In this document: one piece after another, positions 15,688 to 24,700 of the stretch
Layout of the letters: each line of letters begins with the position of its first letter
Numbering within the stretch: position 1 is the first letter of the stretch
NCBI GenBank assembly: GCA_964369795.1
Contig: CAYJGX010000007.1
Location: 1-52,397 of the forward strand
DNA from: an uncultured Spirochaetaceae bacterium
GTDB lineage: Bacteria > Spirochaetota > Spirochaetia > JAFGXN01
Reading direction: 5' to 3'
Length of the DNA: 52,397 bases
The notes under the pieces: generated by a model
The model's input: only the letters and a program-made list of their open reading frames with translations
Told to the model about the DNA's origin: nothing
Databases searched by the model: none
Translations under genes and position numbers: made by a program

Positions 15688-18369
15688 ATGCGCAAGATAT
15701 TATTTTTAGGGATCTTATTGAGTCTGTTTTGTGGAGTTTCGTTATTTTCACAAGAGCTCACATACGATAAAGTCGTTCGTGATTATTATTTCGAATTGCA
15801 GGGAAAAGGTAAAATGAATGTGATTCGGGTAACCTCAGCTAAAATTCCAACAATGGAAACTGAGGAAGAGGAAAAATGGCTTTCTCGCTACCTTAAAGAA
15901 GATGCATTGACTGGACAGATAAAGAATCCTCGCTTTGGAAGATCTTCTATCAGTTATACAATAGAGGATCCCTATCTTATCAATTGTGCCTTAAATGGCA
16001 ATATTGTCAACATATATCCCTCTATTATTCTATTTTCGCTACCAGAAGAACTTCTTAAAACAGGCGACGAGCCCTTGGCTCCATTGACGCTAGATCAACC
16101 TATCGATATAGAGTGGATACATCGAATTCATATTCCTAAAAATTTTATTGTCAAAGAAATGCCAGAGTCGGCGCGTTGGATGATTGGCCCACTAGAACTC
16201 AAGCAATCCATTTATCGAGAAGACCAACTCCTTATTGTCAAATACCAACTACTACTAGCCGATACCACCCTTACACCTGGGGACCGCAGCTACCTCACCG
16301 AAAACGCCCTTGGATTTGCCGAACACGGAAAACCTCTCCAAATCGAAGTGATTCCCTATGCACAGACCCTTTGGGAAAAAGGAGACTACAAGGGTGCTTT
16401 CGAATATTACGAAAAAACGGGGGACTATTTGCGATATGCCAACAAGGCACTAGATTTGCGAATGGTGATTGAAGCCCGACAAATGCTCGAAAAAGCTATT
16501 TTACTTACCCCAAACGAACCGCTTGTCTGGTATTACTGGGGACTAAGCCATTATTCGGATAAAGGGGGACAACGAAACACAAACAAAGAGGAGTTGGCTA
16601 TCGCAGACAATGCCTTCCAGAAAGTAAAAGAGCTTGGAGGCGATACAGTCGAATTTTGGTCAAAAATGACAGAAATTCATCTATATTCACCCGAGAAGAA
16701 CATTGAACCATTGAAGGCATTGCTACCATACGAGAATGAACAATTTGCAAGCCGATTTTTGCTTGCAAAAGCCTATTTCCAAAGTGGGGAGATAGAAGCG
16801 CTTAAAGCCCATCTTGCCGAAAGCGGGAATTTTCCATGGAGAGAAGTTTATGATGGACTTCTTATCAATGTAGATCAAGGCAGTGAAGCAATGGCTTCTT
16901 TTTTCAAAGGAAAAATAGAAGATGAAAATTTCTCTAATTTAATATATCTTGCGATGCAAGATCTTCTTGTTGTACGCGATTATGATACAGTGCGAGCTTT
17001 AGTCCCTCTTTTGCAAGAAAAATTAGGAATAGAAGACGAAACAGTTAAAAATCTTGCTCAAAATTCTAAAAATCTAGTGAAACATGAGACTCTCGATCTT
17101 ATGCCTAATAGCATCGACAACCTCGTCCATCAATTTTTTATCAATTTATATTACAGCGATGGTAGTGATTTTTCAGCCCTTGCCTCTATCATGACACCAA
17201 AACTCTTTGAAAGTACCCTAAATCGCGAGTCGATTATCCATTTGTATAGCTTGCACGATATTTTTGTTGCAGGACGCTCTCAAAAAGGGGAAAACAAGTT
17301 AGCGATTTTAGATGAATTATTGCAAGGACAGGAAGTCGCTATGACAGAGCTCGATGATGGATATAGCAGTGTAGAAATAGACCTAAATGAAGCCGGGTTT
17401 AGTGGAATATTTAAAATGCTAGTGGGAACAGAGGAGATGAAATTAATTGCATTCTTAGGTCAAGATGCAGGTATTGGCGAATATTTACAAGCACACCCAC
17501 CTACAACACTAGAGGTTTTTAAATGGCTCGCCGAAAATCACTATTATCCTGGAACTAGCTGTGTCACTAGTTGGAATAAAGAATACGAAGAGGGGCGAGC
17601 AACCATCGATGAACTTATAAAGGCGTGGATGATAGAAACAGGTTCTGCGGAAAAAGCACTTCCCTACTTCGAGGAAAAATATAAGGTAAATCCGACTCAA
17701 ATCGTCGAAGAAAGTCTGCTAGTTATATATGAGGCTCTTGAAAGCGTTAAAATGATTCCAATTTTAGAAAAACGGGTAGAAGCCGATAAAAGCAATATCG
17801 ATTTGTTATCTCGATTGCTATATGCCTATGCTTTTTTTAATGAAGTAGATAAAGCAGAGCTTATTCGAGAAGAAATTCTCTTATTGACAGATGATGTCAA
17901 AGTTTTAGATGCCATCTATTATCAATATTATGCAATCACTCGCGACAGGGATGCCTACGAGGCGTGGGTACAAAAATTAGCAGAAACAAATGAAGCAAAA
18001 GACTTTCACTATAATTTTCTTGCATGGCTAGCCGTCATCGAAAATCGTAAACCCACCGACCGCGAGTATATGTATGCGAGAAAAGCGGTTGAGCTTTCGC
18101 AGTCGCAAAGCGATGCCATTATCCATACTCAGGCCTGCCTTTTTGCCCTCGATGGCAGATTTGAAGCGGCTGTAGATCTATTAACTCAACTAGAAGCAAA
18201 GTCGCTAGAAGGTGGATTTAAAAACCAAGATTGGATGTTACATGGACTTATTGCAGATGGACTAGGCTTTGTCAAAACTCGCGATTTCTCTTTTAGCCGG
18301 ATTACGCCAGAAGGAAATTATACAAATTATTCACTTAGCTGTGAATTTTTCCGAAATGTTCACTTTTAA
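15688..18369 (+). CDS. Large secreted protein or lipoprotein with a helical-repeat (TPR-like) C-terminal region
   Basis: RBS AAGGAG precedes ATG 15688. The signal peptide is MRKILFLGILLSLFCGVSLFS. The remainder of about 890 aa has repeated helical hairpin patterns. I recognise no catalytic motif. Confidence 0.6.
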   Translation: MRKILFLGILLSLFCGVSLFSQELTYDKVVRDYYFELQGKGKMNVIRVTSAKIPTMETEEEEKWLSRYLKEDALTGQIKNPRFGRSSISYTIEDPYLINCALNGNIVNIYPSIILFSLPEELLKTGDEPLAPLTLDQPIDIEWIHRIHIPKNFIVKEMPESARWMIGPLELKQSIYREDQLLIVKYQLLLADTTLTPGDRSYLTENALGFAEHGKPLQIEVIPYAQTLWEKGDYKGAFEYYEKTGDYLRYANKALDLRMVIEARQMLEKAILLTPNEPLVWYYWGLSHYSDKGGQRNTNKEELAIADNAFQKVKELGGDTVEFWSKMTEIHLYSPEKNIEPLKALLPYENEQFASRFLLAKAYFQSGEIEALKAHLAESGNFPWREVYDGLLINVDQGSEAMASFFKGKIEDENFSNLIYLAMQDLLVVRDYDTVRALVPLLQEKLGIEDETVKNLAQNSKNLVKHETLDLMPNSIDNLVHQFFINLYYSDGSDFSALASIMTPKLFESTLNRESIIHLYSLHDIFVAGRSQKGENKLAILDELLQGQEVAMTELDDGYSSVEIDLNEAGFSGIFKMLVGTEEMKLIAFLGQDAGIGEYLQAHPPTTLEVFKWLAENHYYPGTSCVTSWNKEYEEGRATIDELIKAWMIETGSAEKALPYFEEKYKVNPTQIVEESLLVIYEALESVKMIPILEKRVEADKSNIDLLSRLLYAYAFFNEVDKAELIREEILLLTDDVKVLDAIYYQYYAITRDRDAYEAWVQKLAETNEAKDFHYNFLAWLAVIENRKPTDREYMYARKAVELSQSQSDAIIHTQACLFALDGRFEAAVDLLTQLEAKSLEGGFKNQDWMLHGLIADGLGFVKTRDFSFSRITPEGNYTNYSLSCEFFRNVHF

Positions 18370-18439
18370 TTCTTTTTTTGCTTGACCGATGTGAATTGTG
18401 GGTCTACAATTTAAGTAATCAAAGAGAAGGAGTAGGCCG

Positions 18440-19144
18440 ATGGTTAAAGAACAGTTAGTAAAAAGAAGTCCACTAAGAATTTTTGACAAGTCGATCAATG
18501 GAGGTCTTGGCAAAGGAAAAATTGGTGTTATTGCCTCGAAAGAGGGCGTAGGCAAAACAGCGTGTCTAGTTCATATTGCAATTGATAAAATGTTGCAAGG
18601 TAAAAATGTTGTCCATGTTTCGTTCGCGAAAAAACCAGACAATATTTTAAATTGGTACGAAAATATTTTCGATGAATTATCATTAGATAAGCATTTAGAA
18701 AATGCAAAAGAGGTTCATGACGAACTTGTTCACCAACGGGTTGTTATGTCATTCCCGCAAGGGGGGCATTCGGTTCCTAATGTACTTAAAAGTGTTAAAA
18801 CAATGCTAGAGCAAGCACACTTTAGTGCAGACGTGGTTATTATTGATGGGTTAGATTTTTCTGAGGTAGAGGTAAAAGACTTAGCATCTATTAAAGATTT
18901 TGCAGAAACAACAGCACTAGAAGTTTGGGTAAGTGTCTCCCTTCATGGCGATGGTCCTTATTGGGACGAAGATGATATTCCATGTATCGTCAAACCCTAT
19001 CTTCCAGAAGTAGATATTATCATCAATGTTCGATTTGAAGATAAGCATATATCACTTAAATTAGCAAAAAATAGAGACTGTGTTGCATGTAAGGATTTGC
19101 ATCTTATGTTAGATCCAAAAACATTACTTATCGCAGAATGTTAA
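18440..19144 (+). CDS. KaiC/RecA-superfamily ATPase-like protein (single domain)
   Basis: 234 aa. The P-loop-like string is GVIASKEGVGKTACLVH, the Walker-B-like strand is ADVVIIDGLDF, and the overall strand/helix pattern resembles KaiC/DnaB C-terminal domains. RBS AAGGAG lies 8 nt upstream. Confidence 0.55.
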   Translation: MVKEQLVKRSPLRIFDKSINGGLGKGKIGVIASKEGVGKTACLVHIAIDKMLQGKNVVHVSFAKKPDNILNWYENIFDELSLDKHLENAKEVHDELVHQRVVMSFPQGGHSVPNVLKSVKTMLEQAHFSADVVIIDGLDFSEVEVKDLASIKDFAETTALEVWVSVSLHGDGPYWDEDDIPCIVKPYLPEVDIIINVRFEDKHISLKLAKNRDCVACKDLHLMLDPKTLLIAEC

Positions 19145-19159
19145 ACAATAGATAGAAAT

Positions 19160-19185
19160 AAAGCCCGCCGGTAGGCGGGTTTTTT
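19160..19185. terminator. Bidirectional rho-independent terminator between convergent genes
   Basis: GCCCGCC (19163-19169), GGTA loop, GGCGGG(T), then a T run. A residues lie on the other side. Confidence 0.8.
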
Positions 19186-20455
19186 AGTGTTTGTTTTTCG
19201 TTATTAGAACTTTGAAAACTTGCATGTTGTTCATTTCGATTATCTCGTAGGTATGCTTTTTGTAGTCGTGAGTCATTCCCACAGAGGGGATTTCGTCCCA
19301 TTCATCAATTAGAAATCCAGCAAGGGTTTTAAAATTTCTTGAAATGGGAAGGTCTAAATTAAGCTCGTCGTTTAGTTGAAAAACAGAGGTTTCACCTAAA
19401 ACTTCCCAAGCATTTTCATAAATAGGGGTCACAAGTTCGACCTCTTTTGGGTCGTCTTCATCGTGTAACTCTCCCATAATCGCTTCGATAATATCTTCTT
19501 GGGAAACGATGCCAGCAAGGCCGCTATATTCGTCTAAGACAATAGCAAGTTTTATATGAGAGTGCTTCAATGCATCGAGTAATGGTTTTACCTTCTTGGC
19601 TTCCGAAACAAAAAGCGGCTCGTGCAGAAAGTCTTTGAGTTTTCCGCCTTGGTTTCCCGAAAAATAAAGATTATAAATCTCTTTTACTAAAATAATCCCA
19701 GAGATATTTTCTGGATTTTTCTTGTAAACTGGAATCCGAGAAAAGTGACTTTCTTTAAAAAAACTAACCGCCTCTTCTATGGTTGTTTCCTCGTTAAGAC
19801 TTACTACATCTAGCCGTCGTGTCATGATGGATTCTACAGGTAGGTCATTTAGCATAAACACATTATGGACCATTCGGTTTTCGTAGGATTCGACAATTCC
19901 AGACTCGGTGCCCATCGTAATCATCTGGAAGATGCCTTCCTCGGAAACCGTTTCTACCTTTTTGTGCGCAAAAGGAAAGGAAATAATCCAACTAGAATAG
20001 CGGACAATGTAAATAAAGGGCAGCAGAGAGTAGTAACATAGGTATATGAAAAAAGCCATATTGAGGGCGACAAACTCATTGTTTGCAAGGGCAATGCGCT
20101 TTGGCGTTAGTTCGGAAAAAACGAGAACAAGGTAGGTCAATAGTATCGTTGTCACTGCTACCGATAAATGAGGAAATAAGGTGAGCGTGAGTTGAGTGGA
20201 GAGAGCCGTTGCACCAATGTTGACGAGGTTGTTTCCAAGTAAAATGGTGGTTAGTAAGTTATCCGATTTATGGTGTAGGCTTTTTAAAATTTTTCCTCGT
20301 AGCCCCTTTTCTCCTAGTTTAGAAACTTGAAGAAAGGAGAGAGAGGTAAAAGCCGTCTCTGTCGCCGAGAAAAGGGCAGAAAGCATTAACAAAATAAAGA
20401 GGGTTATACATTGCCAGAGGATTGCCGTGGCAGGCAGGTCGATAGATTCGGTCAT
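19184..20455 (-). CDS. Hemolysin-family / CNNM transporter-type protein (DUF21 TM domain, CBS pair, CorC_HlyC domain)
   Basis: 423 aa with a four-helix N-terminal DUF21 region (LLGNNLVNI motif), tandem CBS modules and a C-terminal CorC/HlyC domain. Confidence 0.85.
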   Translation of the reverse strand: MTESIDLPATAILWQCITLFILLMLSALFSATETAFTSLSFLQVSKLGEKGLRGKILKSLHHKSDNLLTTILLGNNLVNIGATALSTQLTLTLFPHLSVAVTTILLTYLVLVFSELTPKRIALANNEFVALNMAFFIYLCYYSLLPFIYIVRYSSWIISFPFAHKKVETVSEEGIFQMITMGTESGIVESYENRMVHNVFMLNDLPVESIMTRRLDVVSLNEETTIEEAVSFFKESHFSRIPVYKKNPENISGIILVKEIYNLYFSGNQGGKLKDFLHEPLFVSEAKKVKPLLDALKHSHIKLAIVLDEYSGLAGIVSQEDIIEAIMGELHDEDDPKEVELVTPIYENAWEVLGETSVFQLNDELNLDLPISRNFKTLAGFLIDEWDEIPSVGMTHDYKKHTYEIIEMNNMQVFKVLITKNKH

Positions 20456-21552
20456 TTGGTGATATCTTGCATCCAGCCATGGCGGTCTTCGATGGCGCCA
20501 TATTGGATTCCTTTTAGCTCGACTAAAAGTTCTTTCGCAATAGGAGTCATTTCGCCGTTGCTATATTCGACCGTTTGACCGTCGTGTGTAATGGATTGAA
20601 AGTGTGAAATTCCGGCTGCGGTTCCTGTTACAAAACATTCCACCGTATCTGTAAGAACTTCGTCTATAGAAATATTTCGTTCTTCTACTGTGTAGCCTTT
20701 GTCTTTCGCAAGTTGGATAATACTCTTTCGAGTGATTCCAGGTAAGATTGTGTCTCCAAGAGCTGGGGTTACAATTTTACCTTCTTTAGTGACAAAGAAG
20801 ATATTACAAGAAGAACCTTCTTCGACATATTTTTTATGGATAGGATCTAGAAAAATTGATTCCATATAGCCTTGGTCTTCGGCTTGTTTTTTTGCAAGAA
20901 TCGGGATGACGTAGTTTGCGTCACATTTGATCCACCCCGTACCAAATGGAGTGGCTCGCGTCATTTTGGTGGTGATTGCTCGTTGATTCCCTTCTTTAAA
21001 ATAGGAGCCAACAGTGGTTCCAATAATAAATACATATGGATTTTGGCTAAGCCCTAGTCCCACTGCCGCTTCGGAGTAACTAAAAGGTCTTAAATACACG
21101 GCTTGGGCAGAAAGGTAGTTGTCTGCTTCCCATTCGCTATTATAGGTTGGGCAAAATCCAATTTGTGCATTGCGTTTTACCACTTCTTTTGCCGCATTGA
21201 CAAACATATCGATGGGGAACATGGGCATTCGTAGTCCTTCCATAGAATTGTAAAAGCGCTTTGCATTTTCTTCGGGGCGAAAGAGCTTAATAGAGCCATC
21301 TTTTTGTGGAAAAGCCTTCATTCCTTCGAAACAACCAAGCCCATATTGTGAGGTGTAAGTGATAAGAGGAATGCCGTCGAAGCATGCACGGGAGTTAAGT
21401 AGGGCATTTAATTGGGCCTCTGGCATTTGAGCTTCTTCCTCGGGGGTTTTATGATTCTTTTCTTGGAACTCTTCTGTCCAATTGTCTTTGCTAATGAGTT
21501 GCGCTTGATAGGCCCATGGATGGGTCGATAAGGAAAAACCTTTTTTTGCCAT
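20452..21552 (-). CDS. ilvE: Branched-chain amino acid aminotransferase (fold type IV, long form)
   Basis: 366 aa with GLGCFEGMKAF, RPEENAKRF, YLRPF and GTGWIKCDANY (Lys context), then GITR. It overlaps the downstream gene by 4 nt. Confidence 0.9.
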   Translation of the reverse strand: MAKKGFSLSTHPWAYQAQLISKDNWTEEFQEKNHKTPEEEAQMPEAQLNALLNSRACFDGIPLITYTSQYGLGCFEGMKAFPQKDGSIKLFRPEENAKRFYNSMEGLRMPMFPIDMFVNAAKEVVKRNAQIGFCPTYNSEWEADNYLSAQAVYLRPFSYSEAAVGLGLSQNPYVFIIGTTVGSYFKEGNQRAITTKMTRATPFGTGWIKCDANYVIPILAKKQAEDQGYMESIFLDPIHKKYVEEGSSCNIFFVTKEGKIVTPALGDTILPGITRKSIIQLAKDKGYTVEERNISIDEVLTDTVECFVTGTAAGISHFQSITHDGQTVEYSNGEMTPIAKELLVELKGIQYGAIEDRHGWMQDITK

Positions 21553-21684
21553 TTTTATCTCCTAAATCTATTTTATGAAAGACGGGGCAAGTCGTCAATA
21601 GTGATTATTCAATTTTTTTTTAAATATTTTCTTAATTATTAGGCAAAATTGCATTCTCCGTTTATATAGTAGTGGAGGTCTATA

Positions 21685-22686
21685 ATGTTAATAGAAAGAA
21701 TCATTTCTTTTCTACTTGTGTTGATGTTGATAGGGTGCTTACCCTTTTTAGATTGGAGAGAACCATTAGAGCTCGATTACAAGCCCCCTGTATTAGTGGG
21801 GTGGGAGGTCGTTTCTGCAGAAAAAGTTCGCTTAGAATTTAACGAAGAGGTGGTTGCAATGGGGAATGAGAAAGAGTTTTTACTCGAGGCTTCTGGCACG
21901 GTGGTGGAAATGAATTATCTTAATCCTATGGAACCTGGTAAAGAAGTTAAGGGTGCCATTGTTGTAGAGGATCGGTTTAAAAATAGGTTGGAGTTACTAC
22001 TCTCCTTGTATGGGTATAATCCAAATGTGCCAGAATTGAAATTAAACGAACTTAGACTAAATGGCAGTGGAAAGCGACTAGATATGGCGGAAATGATTTG
22101 CTTAAGTTCAGGAAGTCTTGCTGGCGTTACCTTTTATCGAGGTCTTCCAGGTGATTATGATTTTTTCTTTGTATTTCCCAATGTTCAAGTTGAAAAGGGG
22201 GATTATATTGTCTTACACGTGGCCCCTACAGGCGACCCGAGCGAGATAAATGAAGTGAGTCGAAAGGATGAGGCCTCGGGTCTAGAAGTGGAAGCTAACG
22301 CATGGGATTTTTGGCTACCTAAGAAAGAGGGTTTATCGGGAACCAATGGAGTTTTGTCGATTGCAAAGGCTCCTGGAGGCGAGCTGCTTGATGCAATCAT
22401 TTATTCTAACCGAAATTCCTTATCGGACACCACCTACCGAGGTTTTGGGTCGACCACCAATTTGCTGCGCGCAGAAAAACTGGTGGAATTAGGCCATTGG
22501 AAGATTGCAAATGAGGAAATTGCTCCAGAAGATTGTGTCAACCCATCGGCTTCAACATCAACAAGAACTTTATGCCGAGATTTAATTCCCACTGACACCA
22601 ATAGCACAAGTGACTGGTATGTGGTAAATACGAGTGAGTCTTCGATTGGCCTGCCTAATTCGACAAACTACTATGGGAATGAATGA
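21685..22686 (+). CDS. Lipoprotein with a lamin-tail-domain (LTD)-like module
   Basis: Signal and lipobox FLLVLMLIGC. The central segment ELKLNELRLNGSG..LAGVTFY..VQVEKGDYIVLHV..GTNGVLSIAKAPGGELLDAIIYSN follows the LTD pattern. Confidence 0.5.
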   Translation: MLIERIISFLLVLMLIGCLPFLDWREPLELDYKPPVLVGWEVVSAEKVRLEFNEEVVAMGNEKEFLLEASGTVVEMNYLNPMEPGKEVKGAIVVEDRFKNRLELLLSLYGYNPNVPELKLNELRLNGSGKRLDMAEMICLSSGSLAGVTFYRGLPGDYDFFFVFPNVQVEKGDYIVLHVAPTGDPSEINEVSRKDEASGLEVEANAWDFWLPKKEGLSGTNGVLSIAKAPGGELLDAIIYSNRNSLSDTTYRGFGSTTNLLRAEKLVELGHWKIANEEIAPEDCVNPSASTSTRTLCRDLIPTDTNSTSDWYVVNTSESSIGLPNSTNYYGNE

Positions 22687-22689
22687 GTT

Positions 22690-23004
22690 TTATAGATTTG
22701 TGAAGGTCTCTATAATTTGTTGTTTGGGTTTGAAGCCGACCATTCGTTTAACTTCTTCTCCATCTTTAAAGAATACAAGTGCAGGAATAGATGCAATTCC
22801 AAATTCGCTTGCAAGTTCGCCTTGCTCATCTACATTGACCTTTCCAATAAAAGCAGTTTCTTTATATTCGTCTGCAAGTTCATCAATAATGGGGACAAGC
22901 ATTTTACAAGGTCCACACCATGGAGCCCAAAAATCGATTACCACAGGTAAAGAGGATTCGAGAACGAGTTCTTTGAAATTATCTTTTGTTACATTAGTTG
23001 CCAT
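22690..23004 (-). CDS. trxA: Thioredoxin
   Basis: 104 aa with the WCGPC active site and full-length thioredoxin fold pattern. Confidence 0.95.
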   Translation of the reverse strand: MATNVTKDNFKELVLESSLPVVIDFWAPWCGPCKMLVPIIDELADEYKETAFIGKVNVDEQGELASEFGIASIPALVFFKDGEEVKRMVGFKPKQQIIETFTNL

Positions 23005-23082
23005 TACAAGCCTCCTAGTTAATTAAGGATACGCGTAAAATTTGCAGAAATCAAGAGCTCAAATGGGCAGAAAGTAAAAAAA

Positions 23083-24654
23083 TTAGTATTGGCCTAAAAT
23101 CGCGTAGATTTTGTCGGCGCCAATGGTATAGAGGAAGTTTAGAAGCCTTGGCCCTTTTTCTTTCCCAATGAGTGCTTTGTAGATAATGGGAAAAAAGTCG
23201 GCGGACTCAATTCCTTGTTCTTCTAAAATGTCGTAAATGGCGGTGCCAAAGTCTTTTTCGGAGATTGTAGCCATTTTGTCTCGAGCCAGTTCTCCTGTTA
23301 AACGAAGGGCTGCCTTTTGGTTGTCGGCAAGGCCCCCTAATAAAGAGCCTGGAGTTTGAAGGGCAAACTGGAAGTCCTCGGGAGCATAATTTCGTATCCA
23401 GTTCCATGCACAAGTGGCTTTTACTATAAATCGCTCTACTTGGTCGTCTGCAACGTCGCCAAGGTAGGCAATAACACCATTTATATCGCCATTAAAAATT
23501 TGGAGCATGTTACAAAGGTGGCGGATTGGAATTTGGTAGGATAGGCTTGATGGGACGCCATTTACTTGAGAAAGTTCGTAAATTCGGGCGCCGCTGTACC
23601 ATTTTTTAAGTTTCTTTTCGTCGTCTGGTTTGTCGAAGTAGCTTCGTTCTAGTTTTTCGTAGTCTTCATAAATTTTTAGAACATCTAAGTCAAAGGAAAT
23701 GGCAAATTCGCTGTTTGGACGTGTGCCGGCAAACATGAACCTAGTCACTTCGGGGGTATAAATTTCTAGGACGTCTGGTAGGCTCATCAGTTCTCCAGAG
23801 GAGGAGGACATTTTACCCGCACCGCCTTTAATTCGGACAAAGTCGTATTGGAAGGAGATGGGTGACGAAGTTCCAAAAATTTCTGCAATTTTTTTAGAGG
23901 TGTCGAAGCTACCGCCTTCTGAATGGTGGTCTTTACCTGCGGGTTCAAAGTCGACGCCCTCGTATGCCCAACGCATAGGCCAATCGATTCGCCAAGGAAG
24001 TTTAGCCACATGTGTTTCACGAAGGTCAACCGATTCTTGTTGTCCACAGTCGCTGCAGGAATATTCGATTTTCCAGTCGTTGTCCCAGCCAAGGACGGTT
24101 GTCGTGTCTTTGTTACATTTTCCGCAGAAAACGGAGATAGGCATCCAGTCGCTTGCAAGGGGAGCGGTGCGGTGCTCATTTAAACAGGCGGCGATTTGCT
24201 CCTTTTTCTCTAGGGCCGTTCTCATCCCTTGGGCGTAGTCGGAATTTCGATATTTTTTAGATTGATAAATATAGCTAGGGAAAATTCCGACTACAGGAAG
24301 CCATTTTTCTACAGCGACTTCGTTAAAGTGCGCGTAGCTATCGCAATCAGATTTAACATCGGGAACACTGGTAATTGGCTGGCGTAAATAGGTTTCTAAT
24401 AATTCTTGCTTTGGCATGTTTTTAGGAACCTTTCTAAAAACGTCGTAGTCGTCCCAGGAATAGATAAAACGCACTTCTGCCCCTTTTTCGCGGAGTGCTT
24501 GCACAACAAGGGCAACGGAAATGATTTCGCGGAAGTTTCCAATGTGAACAGTTCCTGAGGGGGTGATTCCAGAGGCACAAGTATAAACCTTGTTCCCTTT
24601 TTCTCGTATGATTTTGTCGGCAGTGATATCTGCCCAATGTGTTGATTGATTCAT
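23083..24654 (-). CDS. lysK: Lysine--tRNA ligase, class I
   Basis: 523 aa with PSGTVHIGNFRE (HIGH-type) and KMSSSSG (KMSKS-type), and the length typical of class I LysRS found in spirochaetes and archaea. Confidence 0.9.
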   Translation of the reverse strand: MNQSTHWADITADKIIREKGNKVYTCASGITPSGTVHIGNFREIISVALVVQALREKGAEVRFIYSWDDYDVFRKVPKNMPKQELLETYLRQPITSVPDVKSDCDSYAHFNEVAVEKWLPVVGIFPSYIYQSKKYRNSDYAQGMRTALEKKEQIAACLNEHRTAPLASDWMPISVFCGKCNKDTTTVLGWDNDWKIEYSCSDCGQQESVDLRETHVAKLPWRIDWPMRWAYEGVDFEPAGKDHHSEGGSFDTSKKIAEIFGTSSPISFQYDFVRIKGGAGKMSSSSGELMSLPDVLEIYTPEVTRFMFAGTRPNSEFAISFDLDVLKIYEDYEKLERSYFDKPDDEKKLKKWYSGARIYELSQVNGVPSSLSYQIPIRHLCNMLQIFNGDINGVIAYLGDVADDQVERFIVKATCAWNWIRNYAPEDFQFALQTPGSLLGGLADNQKAALRLTGELARDKMATISEKDFGTAIYDILEEQGIESADFFPIIYKALIGKEKGPRLLNFLYTIGADKIYAILGQY

Positions 24655-24700
24655 AATGAAATAATTTTATAAAAAATTGAAAAAGTTTACAAGTCTAGTT

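Noticed and set aside
21639-21668. Sigma54 (-24 GG / -12 GC) interpretation of the shared GGCAAAAnTGCA motif.
   Set aside because: The GG to GC spacing is 3 nt shorter than the TGGCAC-N5-TTGC consensus at both sites.
22634-23026. 130-aa plus-strand ORF and 77-aa ORF opposite trxA.
   Set aside because: Both are antisense to an unmistakable thioredoxin gene (WCGPC) and are Ser/Leu-rich shadow frames.
23207-24637. Several 60-130 aa ORFs on both strands within lysK.
   Set aside because: All lie inside the class I LysRS coding region, and their Arg/Ser/Pro-rich translations are typical of off-frame reads.
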